Made by a program: the position numbers and the translations under genes. A DNA stretch of 57,135 nucleotides from Candidatus Aminicenantes bacterium (GTDB lineage: Bacteria > Acidobacteriota > Aminicenantia > Aminicenantales > Aminicenantaceae): assembly GCA_004377005.1 (NCBI GenBank), contig SOIV01000160.1, positions 1-57,135 on the forward strand, in the 5' to 3' direction. The notes under the pieces are model-generated. The model saw nothing but the letters and a program-made list of their open reading frames with translations. It did no database searches and was not told the DNA's origin. Shown here in pieces: positions 1 to 9,550 of this stretch. Numbering within the stretch: the stretch's first letter is position 1; every line of letters begins with the position of its first letter.

Positions 1-13
1 GACAAATAAAATT

Positions 14-156
14 GGGGTCAGACTTGCAAAAAGAAATGGGGCCAGGCCCCATTTTTGCAAGAAAGAGGACGTTCTCAACTTGTGGACAGAACAGCAAAAA
101 ATGGGGCCTGTCCCCTTTTTCCATTTGTCCCCTTTTTCCATTGCAAGTCTGACCCC
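14..156. repeat. Palindromic repeat cluster: a perfect 16-bp inverted repeat enclosing GC-core hairpins
   Basis: GGGGTCAGACTTGCAA (14-29) is the exact reverse complement of TTGCAAGTCTGACCCC (141-156). Inside are the hairpin AAATGGGGCCAGGCCCCATTT (34-54) and a tandem TGTCCCCTTTTTCCA x2 (109-123, 126-140). Confidence 0.7.
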
Positions 157-213
157 AAGCTTATTGAACGAAAAAGGGATTTCCTATAGAATAATAATTA
201 AAAAAAAGGAAAT

Positions 214-726
214 ATGTCTATACTTCAAATCGTTAAGTACGGTAATCCAACCCTTACTAAAAAAGCCGAGGAAATAATAAATCTAGATAAATATATCGAG
301 AGACTTGCTCAGAATATGGTTCAAACCATGTATGCAGCTCCTGGAATTGGGCTTGCGGCTCCTCAAGTCAATGAAAGCAAGAGATTAATAACCGTTGATC
401 TTTCTGTTGGGGAGAACAGTCAAAATCTGATTATCCTCATAAATCCCGAACTCATTAGCCAGGAGGGAAAGCTCATCTCCGAAGAAGGCTGCTTATCGGT
501 TCCCGATATTAATGAAAAAGTCGCCAGACCCTCTCGCATTATTATCAGAGGCATTGATCTGAAAGGCAATGAAAAAACTGTTGAAGCAGAAGGACTTTTA
601 GCCAGAGTTCTCTGTCATGAGATTGACCATATTAATGGAAAATTATTTATAGACCACCTCTCTCTCCTCAAAAAAAGTCTTATCAAAAAGAAGCTAAAAA
701 AAGCGGTTCAAATGGGCAAGATTTAA
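214..726 (+). CDS. def: Peptide deformylase
   Basis: 170-aa ORF with the three signature motifs GIGLAAPQV, EGCLSVP and HEIDHINGKLF. Its stop overlaps the fmt start by 1 nt (TAATG). Confidence 0.95.
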   Translation: MSILQIVKYGNPTLTKKAEEIINLDKYIERLAQNMVQTMYAAPGIGLAAPQVNESKRLITVDLSVGENSQNLIILINPELISQEGKLISEEGCLSVPDINEKVARPSRIIIRGIDLKGNEKTVEAEGLLARVLCHEIDHINGKLFIDHLSLLKKSLIKKKLKKAVQMGKI

Positions 727-1661
727 TGAAAATTGTCTTCTTTGGCAGCCCTGTCTTAGCTCTTCCTTCCTTAAAAAAACTCCTGGAGACTGATCACAGC
801 ATCGATCTCATTATTACCCAGCCTGACAGACCCTCAGGAAGAGGGAAAAAACTTAAGCCTTGTCCTGTAAAAAAAACTGCTTTGGATCTGAACATCCCTT
901 ATTATCAGCCTTTAAAAATCAGGAAAGATGAAATCGCGCTTGATAAAATAAAAGAAATCGAGCCAGACCTTAATGTGGTCGTGGCCTACGGACAGATTAT
1001 CCCCTCCTCAATCATCTATCTTCCCAGATATAACTCTTTGAATGTTCATTTTTCCCTTTTACCCAAGTACCGAGGGGCATCTCCTGTCCAGAAGGCTCTC
1101 TTAGATGGAGAAGCGAAAACAGGAATCACTATTTTTGAACTCAACGAGAAGATGGATGAAGGAGATATCCTTGTCCAGGAAGAAGTCAATATTTTTCCTG
1201 ATGAGAATGCAGCAGAGCTTGAAGCTCGCTTAGCACAAAAGGGAGCAGATCTTTTAATAAAGGCGATAGCTCAAATTGATAAATTAAAGCACCGCAAACA
1301 GGATCATTCTCAGGCTACTTACGCCCCTAAAATTAGGAAAGAAGATGGAAAAATTGACTGGACAAAAAATTCTCTCTACATAGAAAGGCGGGTAAGGGCG
1401 TTCACTCCCTGGCCTTCAGCTTATGCTTTCCTTAAAGACATAAGGATAAAAATTCATAGAGGAATAAAAATAGAAAAAGAAGCCCCGCCTGGCTCTTCTG
1501 CCGGGGAAATTTCAGGAATAAAAAAAGAAGGCATCGAGGTATGTTGTGGAGAGGGAAGCATCTATCTTATCGAAAGCCTTCAGCCTGAAAATAGAAAACG
1601 TATGGATGCTTATGCTTTTTCTCTTGGAGCAGAAATTAAGCCCGGGGATATATTTGCTTAG
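726..1661 (+). CDS. fmt: Methionyl-tRNA formyltransferase
   Basis: 311 aa. N-terminal formyltransferase fold (MKIVFFGSP..., HFSLLPKYRGASPVQ) and the conserved def-fmt gene pair. Confidence 0.93.
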   Translation: MKIVFFGSPVLALPSLKKLLETDHSIDLIITQPDRPSGRGKKLKPCPVKKTALDLNIPYYQPLKIRKDEIALDKIKEIEPDLNVVVAYGQIIPSSIIYLPRYNSLNVHFSLLPKYRGASPVQKALLDGEAKTGITIFELNEKMDEGDILVQEEVNIFPDENAAELEARLAQKGADLLIKAIAQIDKLKHRKQDHSQATYAPKIRKEDGKIDWTKNSLYIERRVRAFTPWPSAYAFLKDIRIKIHRGIKIEKEAPPGSSAGEISGIKKEGIEVCCGEGSIYLIESLQPENRKRMDAYAFSLGAEIKPGDIFA

Positions 1662-1674
1662 TTCTAAGGGATAG

Positions 1675-2574
1675 TTATTCTTCCAGAATATATTGGTAGG
1701 GATTGACAGCCTTTCCGTTTCGGCGAACCTCATAATGAACATGAGGGCCTAAAGCTTTTCCTGTTTGTCCAATGTACCCGATGACATCCCATCTTTTGAT
1801 TTTTTGTCCGGCTCTGACTGCAAATTTGCTCAAATGACAGTAGACTGTCGTAAAGCCTCCCCCGTGACTTATGATAACCGTATTTCCTCCGATTTTCTCT
1901 CTCTTGACATGAGAAACAAAACCATCAGCAGTAGCAACAATAGAATTTCCAAAACTAGAAGCGATATCGATACCATAGTGGAAAGCCTTTTTCCCTGTAA
2001 ATGGATCCATTCTCGAGCCAAAGGCAGAAGTCAGCCATCCCGTTGTTGGCCAGATAGTGGGAGTAGAAGCAAGTTTTGCAGTCTGGTTTTCGAAGAATCT
2101 CACCAATGTATCCAAATTCTTATCGATGCCATCTGCTTTCCTGCTAATCCTCTTTGCATGATTGAGGCCAGCATCCTGACTATAACTTAAAGAGCCCAAT
2201 TCTTGGCCACTACCTCTGTCTCCTCCCCCAACTCCAACCTCTTTCAGAACATCAGGTGATTTGAGTCCTGCCATAACATTGATCTTTTTGGCATAGGTTT
2301 CAAATTCGTTAATATTTTTCTTCAGCTTGTTTAGAGATACTTTATATTCAGTAATTGCCTGTTTTTGACGGTTATTCTCATCAAAAAGTTCTCTATATTT
2401 CTGTCTGGTGACATTCATTGAAAAATAATCGATGAGGAAAACGGTGAGAGCAGAAAAAACTAAGGTGAGGACCGTTATTAAAATTTTAACTTTCTTTTCA
2501 GAAAGAGTGATTGTTTTGAATTTACCTCTGTTGTGGGGGACAATTATCAGCGAAAAATACTTCTTAGCCATCAA
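1675..2574 (-). CDS. M23 family metallopeptidase (membrane-anchored, coiled-coil N-terminus)
   Basis: 299 aa. N-terminal TM segment followed by a C-terminal LytM/M23 domain with the motifs HYGIDI and GPHVHYEV. Confidence 0.85.
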   Translation of the reverse strand: MMAKKYFSLIIVPHNRGKFKTITLSEKKVKILITVLTLVFSALTVFLIDYFSMNVTRQKYRELFDENNRQKQAITEYKVSLNKLKKNINEFETYAKKINVMAGLKSPDVLKEVGVGGGDRGSGQELGSLSYSQDAGLNHAKRISRKADGIDKNLDTLVRFFENQTAKLASTPTIWPTTGWLTSAFGSRMDPFTGKKAFHYGIDIASSFGNSIVATADGFVSHVKREKIGGNTVIISHGGGFTTVYCHLSKFAVRAGQKIKRWDVIGYIGQTGKALGPHVHYEVRRNGKAVNPYQYILEE

Positions 2575-2634
2575 CTTCTCCCTTAATTATCATGAAAAAA
2601 AATTTTAAGTCAAGAATTTTATTAAATTTATTCA

Positions 2635-3051
2635 TTATGGCCTCTTCCTCACATTTTCCTTAATCCAATCAGCAATATCCTGTGTAGATGAACCCGGCAA
2701 AAAAGTCTTGGATATTCCTATTTTTTCCAAAAAAGGGATATCTTTATCAGGAATAATTCCGCCTGCAATAACAGCGATATCATCTGCTCCTTTTTCTTTA
2801 AGGAGATCCATGATTTTTGGAAAAAGCACATTATGGGCACCAGAAAGGATGCTCAAACCTACCACATCAACATCCTCCTGAACGGCTGCATTGACAATTT
2901 CATCCGGTGTTCGCCTTAGGCCTGTATAGATCACTTCATACCCAGCATCCCTTAAAGATCGACAGATCACTTTAGCACCCCGGTCATGCCCATCCAGACC
3001 TGGTTTTGCTATCAGCACCCTAATGTTCTCGCCAGTCATAAAATCCTCCAT
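2635..3051 (-). CDS. Methylmalonyl-CoA mutase family, small B12-binding subunit
   Basis: 138 aa with the canonical DxHxxG motif (DGHDRG) and a flavodoxin-like B12-binding fold. It lies directly downstream of the large mutase subunit. Confidence 0.9.
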   Translation of the reverse strand: MEDFMTGENIRVLIAKPGLDGHDRGAKVICRSLRDAGYEVIYTGLRRTPDEIVNAAVQEDVDVVGLSILSGAHNVLFPKIMDLLKEKGADDIAVIAGGIIPDKDIPFLEKIGISKTFLPGSSTQDIADWIKENVRKRP

Positions 3052-3126
3052 TCATCAAGCAAGATTAACGGACATGACATCTTTTCTCATCCTCCTACTT
3101 ATTTAGTCGTTTTTCTCATCTATTAA

Positions 3127-4806
3127 TTAATATGTAATAGGTTCTTGGTATTCTCCGTAAACTTCTCTCAAAGAATCCATGATCTCCCCTAAAGTTGCGT
3201 ATGACTTGACACAACTCAATATATAGGGCATCAAATTCTGTTTATCTGAAGCTGCCTTTTTCAGGTCGAGTATTTTTTCCCCGACTTGGGCATTATTCCT
3301 TGTTTTCTTAACATCATGCAAGCGAGCCATGTGCTGTTTAGCAACAGCTTCATCGATTTTTAAAAAGGGAATAGGCTTATGTTCCATCTCATAGGCGTTA
3401 ACTCCCACAATTATCTTTTCTTTTTTTTCAACGGCTTTTTGATACAAATACGCACTATCAGCTATCTCCTTTTGAGGAAATCCGAGTTCTATAGCTTTAA
3501 CCATCCCTCCCATATCATCAATTTTTCTGATATATTCCTTAGCATCCCTTTCCATTTCATCTGTCAGCTTTTCAATAAAATAGGATCCCCCCAAGGGATC
3601 AATACAATTGATTACGCCACTCTCATGAGCGATGATCTGCTGAGTTCTCAGGGCAATAGTCACAGCCTCTTCAGAGGGTAAAGCATAAGTTTCGTCAAGA
3701 GAATTTGTATGGAGGGATTGGGATCCACCTAAAACTGCGGCCAGAGCTTGGATGGCAACTCTTACCACATTGTTATAAGGCTGTTGGGCCATCAAAGAGA
3801 CTCCCGATGTCTGAGTGTGAAACCTCAGCCACCCGCACCTCTGATCCTTTGCTCTAAACCTTTCTTTCATCACCTCTGCCCAAATCCTTCGGGCCGCTCG
3901 AAATTTGGCAACTTCCTCAAAAAAATCATTGTGAGCATTAAAGAAGAAGGAAAGTCGAGGCACAAACTCTTCGACATCAAGTCCTCTCTCCTGTGCCCAC
4001 TCCACGTACTCGATCCCATCCCTGAGAGTAAAAGCCAGTTCCTGGACAGCTGTAGATCCCGCTTCCCTTATATGATAGCCTGAAATGGAAATGGTATTCC
4101 ACCTGGGAACTTCTTGGGATCCGTATTCAAATGTGTCAACAATCAGTTTCATAGAAGGTTCTGGGGGGAAAATGAAGGTTTTTTGAGCGATATATTCCTT
4201 TAGAATATCATTCTGAATTGTTCCCGAGATTACTTTTGGAGAAACGCCCTGTTTTTCAGCAACAGCAATGTACATGGCCCACAAAACTGCAGCAGGGGCA
4301 TTTATAGTCATAGATGTCGATATCTTGTCCAGGGGAATCTCGTTAAAAAGAATTTCCATATCCGCCAAGGAATCTATTGCTACTCCGCATTTTCCTATTT
4401 CTCCCTGAGCCAGAGGATGGTCAGAATCAAAGCCCATTATGGTAGGAAGATGGAAGGCAACACTCAATCCTGTTTGTCCATGAGAGAGAAGATATTTGTA
4501 TCTTTTATTTGTGTCTTCAGCTGTCCCGAAACCTGAAAACTGTCTCATGGTCCACAGGCGGCCGCGATACATGGTCGGATGGATTCCCCTGGTATACGGA
4601 TATTCCCCGGGAAAACTCAATTGCTTCAAGTAATCGAAACCATCAAGATCAAGAGGTGTGTAAAGCTCTTTAATTTTTTTCCCTGAAATCGTTGTGTATT
4701 CCATCTTCTTAGAAGAAGCCTTTTTCAATGCCTTATCGTACTTTTCCGCTTTCCAGTGGCTAAATGAGTGTTTCAAGCTCACCTCGGAGGAGCTATTCTT
4801 TTTCAA
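3127..4806 (-). CDS. Methylmalonyl-CoA (acyl-CoA) mutase family, large catalytic TIM-barrel subunit
   Basis: 559 aa with typical mutase stretches ([44 protein letters not shown]). Substrate specificity (methylmalonyl- versus isobutyryl-CoA) cannot be determined by eye. Confidence 0.9.
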   Translation of the reverse strand: MKKNSSSEVSLKHSFSHWKAEKYDKALKKASSKKMEYTTISGKKIKELYTPLDLDGFDYLKQLSFPGEYPYTRGIHPTMYRGRLWTMRQFSGFGTAEDTNKRYKYLLSHGQTGLSVAFHLPTIMGFDSDHPLAQGEIGKCGVAIDSLADMEILFNEIPLDKISTSMTINAPAAVLWAMYIAVAEKQGVSPKVISGTIQNDILKEYIAQKTFIFPPEPSMKLIVDTFEYGSQEVPRWNTISISGYHIREAGSTAVQELAFTLRDGIEYVEWAQERGLDVEEFVPRLSFFFNAHNDFFEEVAKFRAARRIWAEVMKERFRAKDQRCGWLRFHTQTSGVSLMAQQPYNNVVRVAIQALAAVLGGSQSLHTNSLDETYALPSEEAVTIALRTQQIIAHESGVINCIDPLGGSYFIEKLTDEMERDAKEYIRKIDDMGGMVKAIELGFPQKEIADSAYLYQKAVEKKEKIIVGVNAYEMEHKPIPFLKIDEAVAKQHMARLHDVKKTRNNAQVGEKILDLKKAASDKQNLMPYILSCVKSYATLGEIMDSLREVYGEYQEPITY

Positions 4807-5052
4807 GTGAGCCTCACTCCTTTTTTCTTATTTCTCGTCTGGATAATTTTCATGTTTTATATTTACAGAGTGCCCTCTTACAGTCAATAGCTATACAAGA
4901 TGATTCAAGGGGTGATTTTTTCCTCCTCAATTATCACCTCAAAAGGGTATGTTATGCCACCAGTTTCAGGTGACAATTCTAAGGAAATATTCAAAAATTT
5001 CAGGGCAGCGTTTTGCAGAAAGCAATTTTACCTTAACATTAATCAAATTATT

Positions 5053-5310
5053 TTATTCCTCTGTAACTTTAAAAACTACATCGTTCTCTCTAACAGAGTT
5101 TTCCACTTTTATTCCTACTGGCTCACCTGGTTTTACTTTATCTACAGGGTCATGCTCCAGCTGCATTGACTCTATTTTTTGGTAAAAATCAGAGGTGTGT
5201 CCCTTGATGTGGATTGTATCGCCAACCTGAAGAGTTCCCTTGGATAATTCTAAAATACCTACATTTATTTTAGAGAAATAGTGAGTGATTTTTCCAATCT
5301 CTTCCTCCAT
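5053..5310 (-). CDS. Small EF-Tu domain-2-like beta-barrel protein ('translation elongation factor-like')
   Basis: 85 aa. The pattern GxLxVGDTIHIKGHTSDFxQxIESMQxEHxxVxxxxxGxxVGIKV resembles stand-alone EF-Tu_D2-like proteins. GGAGG-type RBS upstream. Confidence 0.55.
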   Translation of the reverse strand: MEEEIGKITHYFSKINVGILELSKGTLQVGDTIHIKGHTSDFYQKIESMQLEHDPVDKVKPGEPVGIKVENSVRENDVVFKVTEE

Positions 5311-5475
5311 GAAGGCCTCCTTCTTGAAAGGTTATTTAAAATTACCAGAATCATTCGAATTTCGCAAGCAATTTCCTAAGAGAGTATTTGGGGATGGATG
5401 AAGCGACCTTAAAAGAAAGGCTCAGGCAATATGGTTAAAAAACAAGTTGCTTTTGACCCAGCGAATAAATGAGCG

Positions 5476-5503
5476 AATAAATGGGGCCTGGCCCCATTTA
5501 TTT
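5476..5503 (-). terminator. GC-core palindrome, possible bidirectional terminator downstream of the SDR gene
   Basis: GAATAAATGGGGCC-T-GGCCCCATTTATTT forms a perfect hairpin flanked by A/T runs, about 50 nt after the stop of the minus-strand SDR gene. Confidence 0.4.
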
Positions 5504-5549
5504 CCCCATTTATTTCCTAAGAGAGTATTTGGAGATGCTTCCAACTATT

Positions 5550-6308
5550 TCAAGTGCAAAGGACAGAGCCGCCGTTCACATTTAAAACTTCGCCAGTAAT
5601 ATGCCGAGCCAGGTCTGAGGCAAGAAACAATATCGGTCCTGCAATATCCTCAGGAGGAGGAATTCTTCTTAAAGGAATAGACTCCTGAACCTTATCTCTA
5701 AAATCAGGATCACTGAAAACCCCGGAGCACATATCTGTATCCACCCATCCTGGTGCGACACAGTTGACGCGGATATTATAAGGGCCCAGTTCTGCTGCAA
5801 GGGATTTTGTAAAAGATACTAGAGCCCCTTTGCTCGCTGCATAATGGGAATGAAAGGCTTCACCCCTAACTGCCGCCGTGGAAGAAACACTGATAATCCA
5901 ACCTCTTTTTTTTTCTTTCATATGGGGCACAACTGCATTGCAGGTATAAAAAACACCATCCACATTTATCTTCATCGTTTCTGCCCAGGTTTTTTCCGAC
6001 ATCTTGCCCATCTCTCCATAGGTCCAGATCCCCGCATTGTTTACCAGGATATCTATTCGGCCCCATTTATCTATTACTTCTTTTACCATTGAATTGACAT
6101 CATTATTCTGAGAGATATCTGCTTTAAACACCAGACACTCCCTTCCGATTTTATCAATTTCCTCTCTAACCTTCTCGGCCGCTTCTTTTTGATTCATAAA
6201 GTTTATGGCCAAATCGCACCCTGCCTTAGCAAATAAAATGGCGGTTGCTCGCCCAATTCCTCTTGAGCCTCCAGTGATCAAAACCTTCCTTCCCTCTAGG
6301 AAAATCAT
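5550..6308 (-). CDS. Short-chain dehydrogenase/reductase (FabG-like 3-oxoacyl reductase family)
   Basis: 252 aa with the TGGSRGIGRA cofactor motif, NNAG, and the catalytic S...YAASK (YxxxK). Confidence 0.88.
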   Translation of the reverse strand: MIFLEGRKVLITGGSRGIGRATAILFAKAGCDLAINFMNQKEAAEKVREEIDKIGRECLVFKADISQNNDVNSMVKEVIDKWGRIDILVNNAGIWTYGEMGKMSEKTWAETMKINVDGVFYTCNAVVPHMKEKKRGWIISVSSTAAVRGEAFHSHYAASKGALVSFTKSLAAELGPYNIRVNCVAPGWVDTDMCSGVFSDPDFRDKVQESIPLRRIPPPEDIAGPILFLASDLARHITGEVLNVNGGSVLCT

Positions 6309-6415
6309 GGAACCTCCTCCCCTATTTTCTTATGACTTGGCGGCCCAGCAGATAATAAAAGCAATCCATATGCTTTATGCTTTCTCTTGCTGCGCAGCGA
6401 GTCATTGTATTTATT

Positions 6416-8944
6416 TTAGAGATAATTCTCCATCTCATCGAACTGATGATATCGATAGACCTCATCCTCATGAGGAAGTATCTTTTCTTTAAAGACCGAG
6501 AAGTATTCCTCAGGGTTAGGAAGTTTACCCGAAAGAGCTGCTACGGCAGCCAGTTCTGCCGATCCCAGGTAAACGCGTGCTTTATCTCCCATACGATTAT
6601 CAAAGTTTCGAGTAGAGGTTGAAATAATGGTTACTCCAGGACGAACCCTGGCCTGATTCCCCATACAAAGGGAACAGCCGGGGATTTCAGTCCGGGCGCC
6701 GACGCTGGAATAAATCGAATAATACCCCTCTTTCATCAGCTGAGCCCTATCCATTTTTGTGGGGGGCGTTAACCAGATACGAGTATTGAGATATCCCTTA
6801 CCCTCAAAAATCTTTCCAGCTGCCCGGAAATGTCCGATGTTAGTCATACAGGACCCGATGAAGATCTCGTCGATCTTGTCACCTGAAACATCAGAAAGGA
6901 GTCTCACATCATCAGGGTCATTGGGGCAAGCCACGATCGGCTCCTTTATATTTGCAAGGTTTATCTCAAGAACGGCTGTATACTTAGCATTATCATCTCT
7001 TCTTAGAAGCGCTGGTTTTTCTAACCATTCCTGACAGGCTTCTATCCTTCTCTGCAGAGTATTAGCATTCTGGTAACCGTCCTTTATCATTCTTTTCATT
7101 AAAGCAATATTGCTTCTCAGATACTTGCTAACGCTCTCGCTACTCAGGGCGACAGTCCCTCCTGCTGCAGAACGCTCAGCAGTGGCATTTGTCAGCTCAA
7201 ATGCCTGCTCCACTTCCAGGTTGGGCAATCCTTCCATTTCAATAATTCGGCCGTTAAAAATATTTTTTTTGCCCTCTTTAGCTACCGTCAACAGCCCCTC
7301 TTGGATAGCAAAATAGGGAATAGCATTTACCACATCTCTCAGGGTTATTCCGGGATTAAGCTCGCCCTTGAATTTCACCAGGACTGAATCAGGCATATCC
7401 AGGGGCATAAAACCGAGAACCCCTGCAAAAGCAACGAGGCCAGAGCCTGCTGGAAAGCTGAGCCCGATGGGGAAACGGGTGTGGGAATCACCAGCAGTTC
7501 CCAGTGTGTCAGGAACCAAGAAGCGATTCATCCAGGAATGTATAATCCCATCACCGGGTCTAAGGGCTACACCTTTTCGTTCCGTAATGAACTCGGTAAG
7601 CGATTTATGCATTTTGACATCTGCAGGCTTTGGGTAGGCGGCGGTATGACAGAAGGACTGCATGAACAAATCTGCCTGGAATTCCATACAGGCAAGTTCT
7701 TTCAATTCATCCGCAGTCATCGGGCCTGTAGTATCCTGAGAACCGACCGTCGTCATCTTCACATCACAGGCAGCACCTGGGAGTATACCTTCTAAGCCAC
7801 AGGCTTTCTCTACAATCTTTTGGGCCAGGGAATATCCCTGCCCTGGTTCTGGCGTAGGTCTCTCAAGAACTGTGAAAAAATCTGCTTCGTCCTTTCCCAA
7901 GGCTTTTCGTGCTTTGGCAGTTAACGACCGACCTATAATAAGGCTAAGACGTCCTCCGGCGCGGTATTCATCCTTGATTGTCGCCGGCTGAAATTCAAAC
8001 GAGGCTATGACTTCCCCTGCTTCGTTAGCGATAGTCTGAAATTTTGTATCGATGGAGAGGATGTCGCCAGTCTTCATCTTCGCCACATCACACACAAGAG
8101 GCAGACCTCCGGAATCTTCTACTGTATTGAAGAAAATTGGAGCGATCAAACTCCCGATTACAACTCCTTCTTTGTGCTTGTTCGGCACAAAAGGAATATC
8201 CTCTCCAATGTGCCATAACAAGGAATTAGTAGCGGACTTTCTTGAAGAGCCAGTGCCCACAACATCAGCTACGAAAGCTACACGGTGCCCTTCGTTACGG
8301 AAATCTCTGATTGTATCGATCCCTCCCGGAAATCTCGTCTCTCCCATGGAGAGGGCATGAAAAGGGATGTCTGGCCTGTTCCAGGCATACTTTGCTGCGG
8401 ATAAATCATCGGTGTTAACCTCGCCATCAACTTTGAATACCTTGAGGGATAGCTTTTCTGGAAACTTCGGTCTGGAAAGGAACCAATCTCCATCCGCCCA
8501 GGATGTAAGAACCTCTTTTGCATAGCGGTTGCTTTTCGACATTTCAACAACCTTATCGAAAGCACTGTAAACCAGGATAATCTGCTTCAATGCTTTAGCG
8601 GACTCTCCAGCAAGTTCTTCGTCTTCCAAAAAGCCGAGCAAAGACTCTATATTATAACCTCCAAGCATTGTGCCCAGCAGAAAAACTGCCTCCGTTTTGG
8701 ATAATAACGGAGAAGAGACCTTTTTTTCTGCAACCTTTGTCAACCAGGCTGCTTTAACCTTTGCCGAAGCATCAACTCCTGGCGAAACCCTATTTCTTAA
8801 GAGGCTCAAAAGAAGCTCTTCCTTACCCGCGGGCGGATTTTCCAGCAGTTTACAAACTTCCTCGGTCTCTTCAGGGCTTAAAGGCAAAGGAGGAACTCCC
8901 TGTTTTTGCCTTTCAGCTTCATGTTTGAAATATGATTCCAGCAT
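6416..8944 (-). CDS. acnB: Aconitate hydratase B type (aconitase 2 / 2-methylisocitrate dehydratase)
   Basis: 842 aa. The N-terminal HEAT-like domain closely resembles AcnB (LENPPAGKEELLLSLLRNRVSPGVD...). The C-terminal aconitase Fe-S domain carries GSCMTN and CSLCMGNQARV cysteine motifs. Confidence 0.9.
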   Translation of the reverse strand: MLESYFKHEAERQKQGVPPLPLSPEETEEVCKLLENPPAGKEELLLSLLRNRVSPGVDASAKVKAAWLTKVAEKKVSSPLLSKTEAVFLLGTMLGGYNIESLLGFLEDEELAGESAKALKQIILVYSAFDKVVEMSKSNRYAKEVLTSWADGDWFLSRPKFPEKLSLKVFKVDGEVNTDDLSAAKYAWNRPDIPFHALSMGETRFPGGIDTIRDFRNEGHRVAFVADVVGTGSSRKSATNSLLWHIGEDIPFVPNKHKEGVVIGSLIAPIFFNTVEDSGGLPLVCDVAKMKTGDILSIDTKFQTIANEAGEVIASFEFQPATIKDEYRAGGRLSLIIGRSLTAKARKALGKDEADFFTVLERPTPEPGQGYSLAQKIVEKACGLEGILPGAACDVKMTTVGSQDTTGPMTADELKELACMEFQADLFMQSFCHTAAYPKPADVKMHKSLTEFITERKGVALRPGDGIIHSWMNRFLVPDTLGTAGDSHTRFPIGLSFPAGSGLVAFAGVLGFMPLDMPDSVLVKFKGELNPGITLRDVVNAIPYFAIQEGLLTVAKEGKKNIFNGRIIEMEGLPNLEVEQAFELTNATAERSAAGGTVALSSESVSKYLRSNIALMKRMIKDGYQNANTLQRRIEACQEWLEKPALLRRDDNAKYTAVLEINLANIKEPIVACPNDPDDVRLLSDVSGDKIDEIFIGSCMTNIGHFRAAGKIFEGKGYLNTRIWLTPPTKMDRAQLMKEGYYSIYSSVGARTEIPGCSLCMGNQARVRPGVTIISTSTRNFDNRMGDKARVYLGSAELAAVAALSGKLPNPEEYFSVFKEKILPHEDEVYRYHQFDEMENYL

Positions 8945-9021
8945 TATCGCTTCTCCGTGTATATTTTGCTTTGATTAGTATACTGTATAAAATGTTTGTA
9001 CTTATTTGTCAAAATCATTTT

Positions 9022-9279
9022 ACCTGAATTATTCATAAGATATGCCGACACTATATATTATTTTCAATGATATTAGCTCTTTAGGTAGGTTTTTCTCAAG
9101 ATCAAGATTCAAACTTTCTTTTATGTCCATTAATTCATTCTATGTCGGCATCTTTTACCTTTCAGGCGAGCCGATCTCACTGCATCTGCTTCGTTGCGGC
9201 CCAATCGCGGTGAAAAACCACAGCTTCATGGGCCGACGCCTCGCATCTACAGCAACTTCGACTCGTGAATAATCCAGGT
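9022..9279. repeat. 258-bp TIR-bounded repeat element, copy A (candidate MITE or structured RNA)
   Basis: Terminal inverted repeats ACCTGAATTATTCA (9022-) and TGAATAATCCAGGT (-9279). Internal pairing of ATGCCGACA (9042-9050) with TGTCGGCAT (9143-9151), and a stem 9197-9203/9229-9235. A second copy of identical length lies at 18650-18907. Confidence 0.8.
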
Positions 9280-9291
9280 TTATAAAAGAAG

Positions 9292-9450
9292 AAAATGGGG
9301 ACAGGCTACTTTTTTCTCACAGCCAATTCACTCTTCCTTGCCTAAATTAATCGTCATGGCGGGCAACTTATAGAGTATATCAATATCAAGGTGTTGTTAG
9401 AAAATCATGGACTGACTTTCTAATATAAAAAAGTAGCCTGTCCCCTTTTT
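9292..9450. repeat. Inverted-repeat-bounded element of the 'AAAA(A/T)GGGGACAG' family
   Basis: GGGGACAGGCTACTTTTTT (9297-9315) is the perfect reverse complement of AAAAAAGTAGCCTGTCCCC (9427-9445). These arms enclose about 110 nt containing GTCATGGCGGGCAAC, which is related to a word in the 23811-24203 element. Confidence 0.75.
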
Positions 9451-9550
9451 ATTAACGTCGGTTTCATGAGTTGATTTTCATTGAAAAAAATTATAATATT
9501 CATTTTCCGTTTTTATTCATTCATATACTTTATAATAGGGAGGCTTAATC

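Noticed and set aside
4740-4770. GCCACTGG on the minus strand near the mutase start, as a possible cobalamin-riboswitch B12 box
   Set aside because: It lies inside the coding sequence (…[10 protein letters not shown]…) of the large mutase subunit. No other riboswitch elements are evident upstream of 4806.
9042-9272. 76-aa ORF, and the similar 71-aa ORF at 18695-18910, as a conserved small protein
   Set aside because: Their similarity is explained by the 258-bp nucleotide repeat. The divergence pattern (compensatory stem changes, a diverged centre, conserved inverted termini) fits a structured or mobile DNA/RNA element, not purifying selection on a reading frame. Neither has a convincing RBS.
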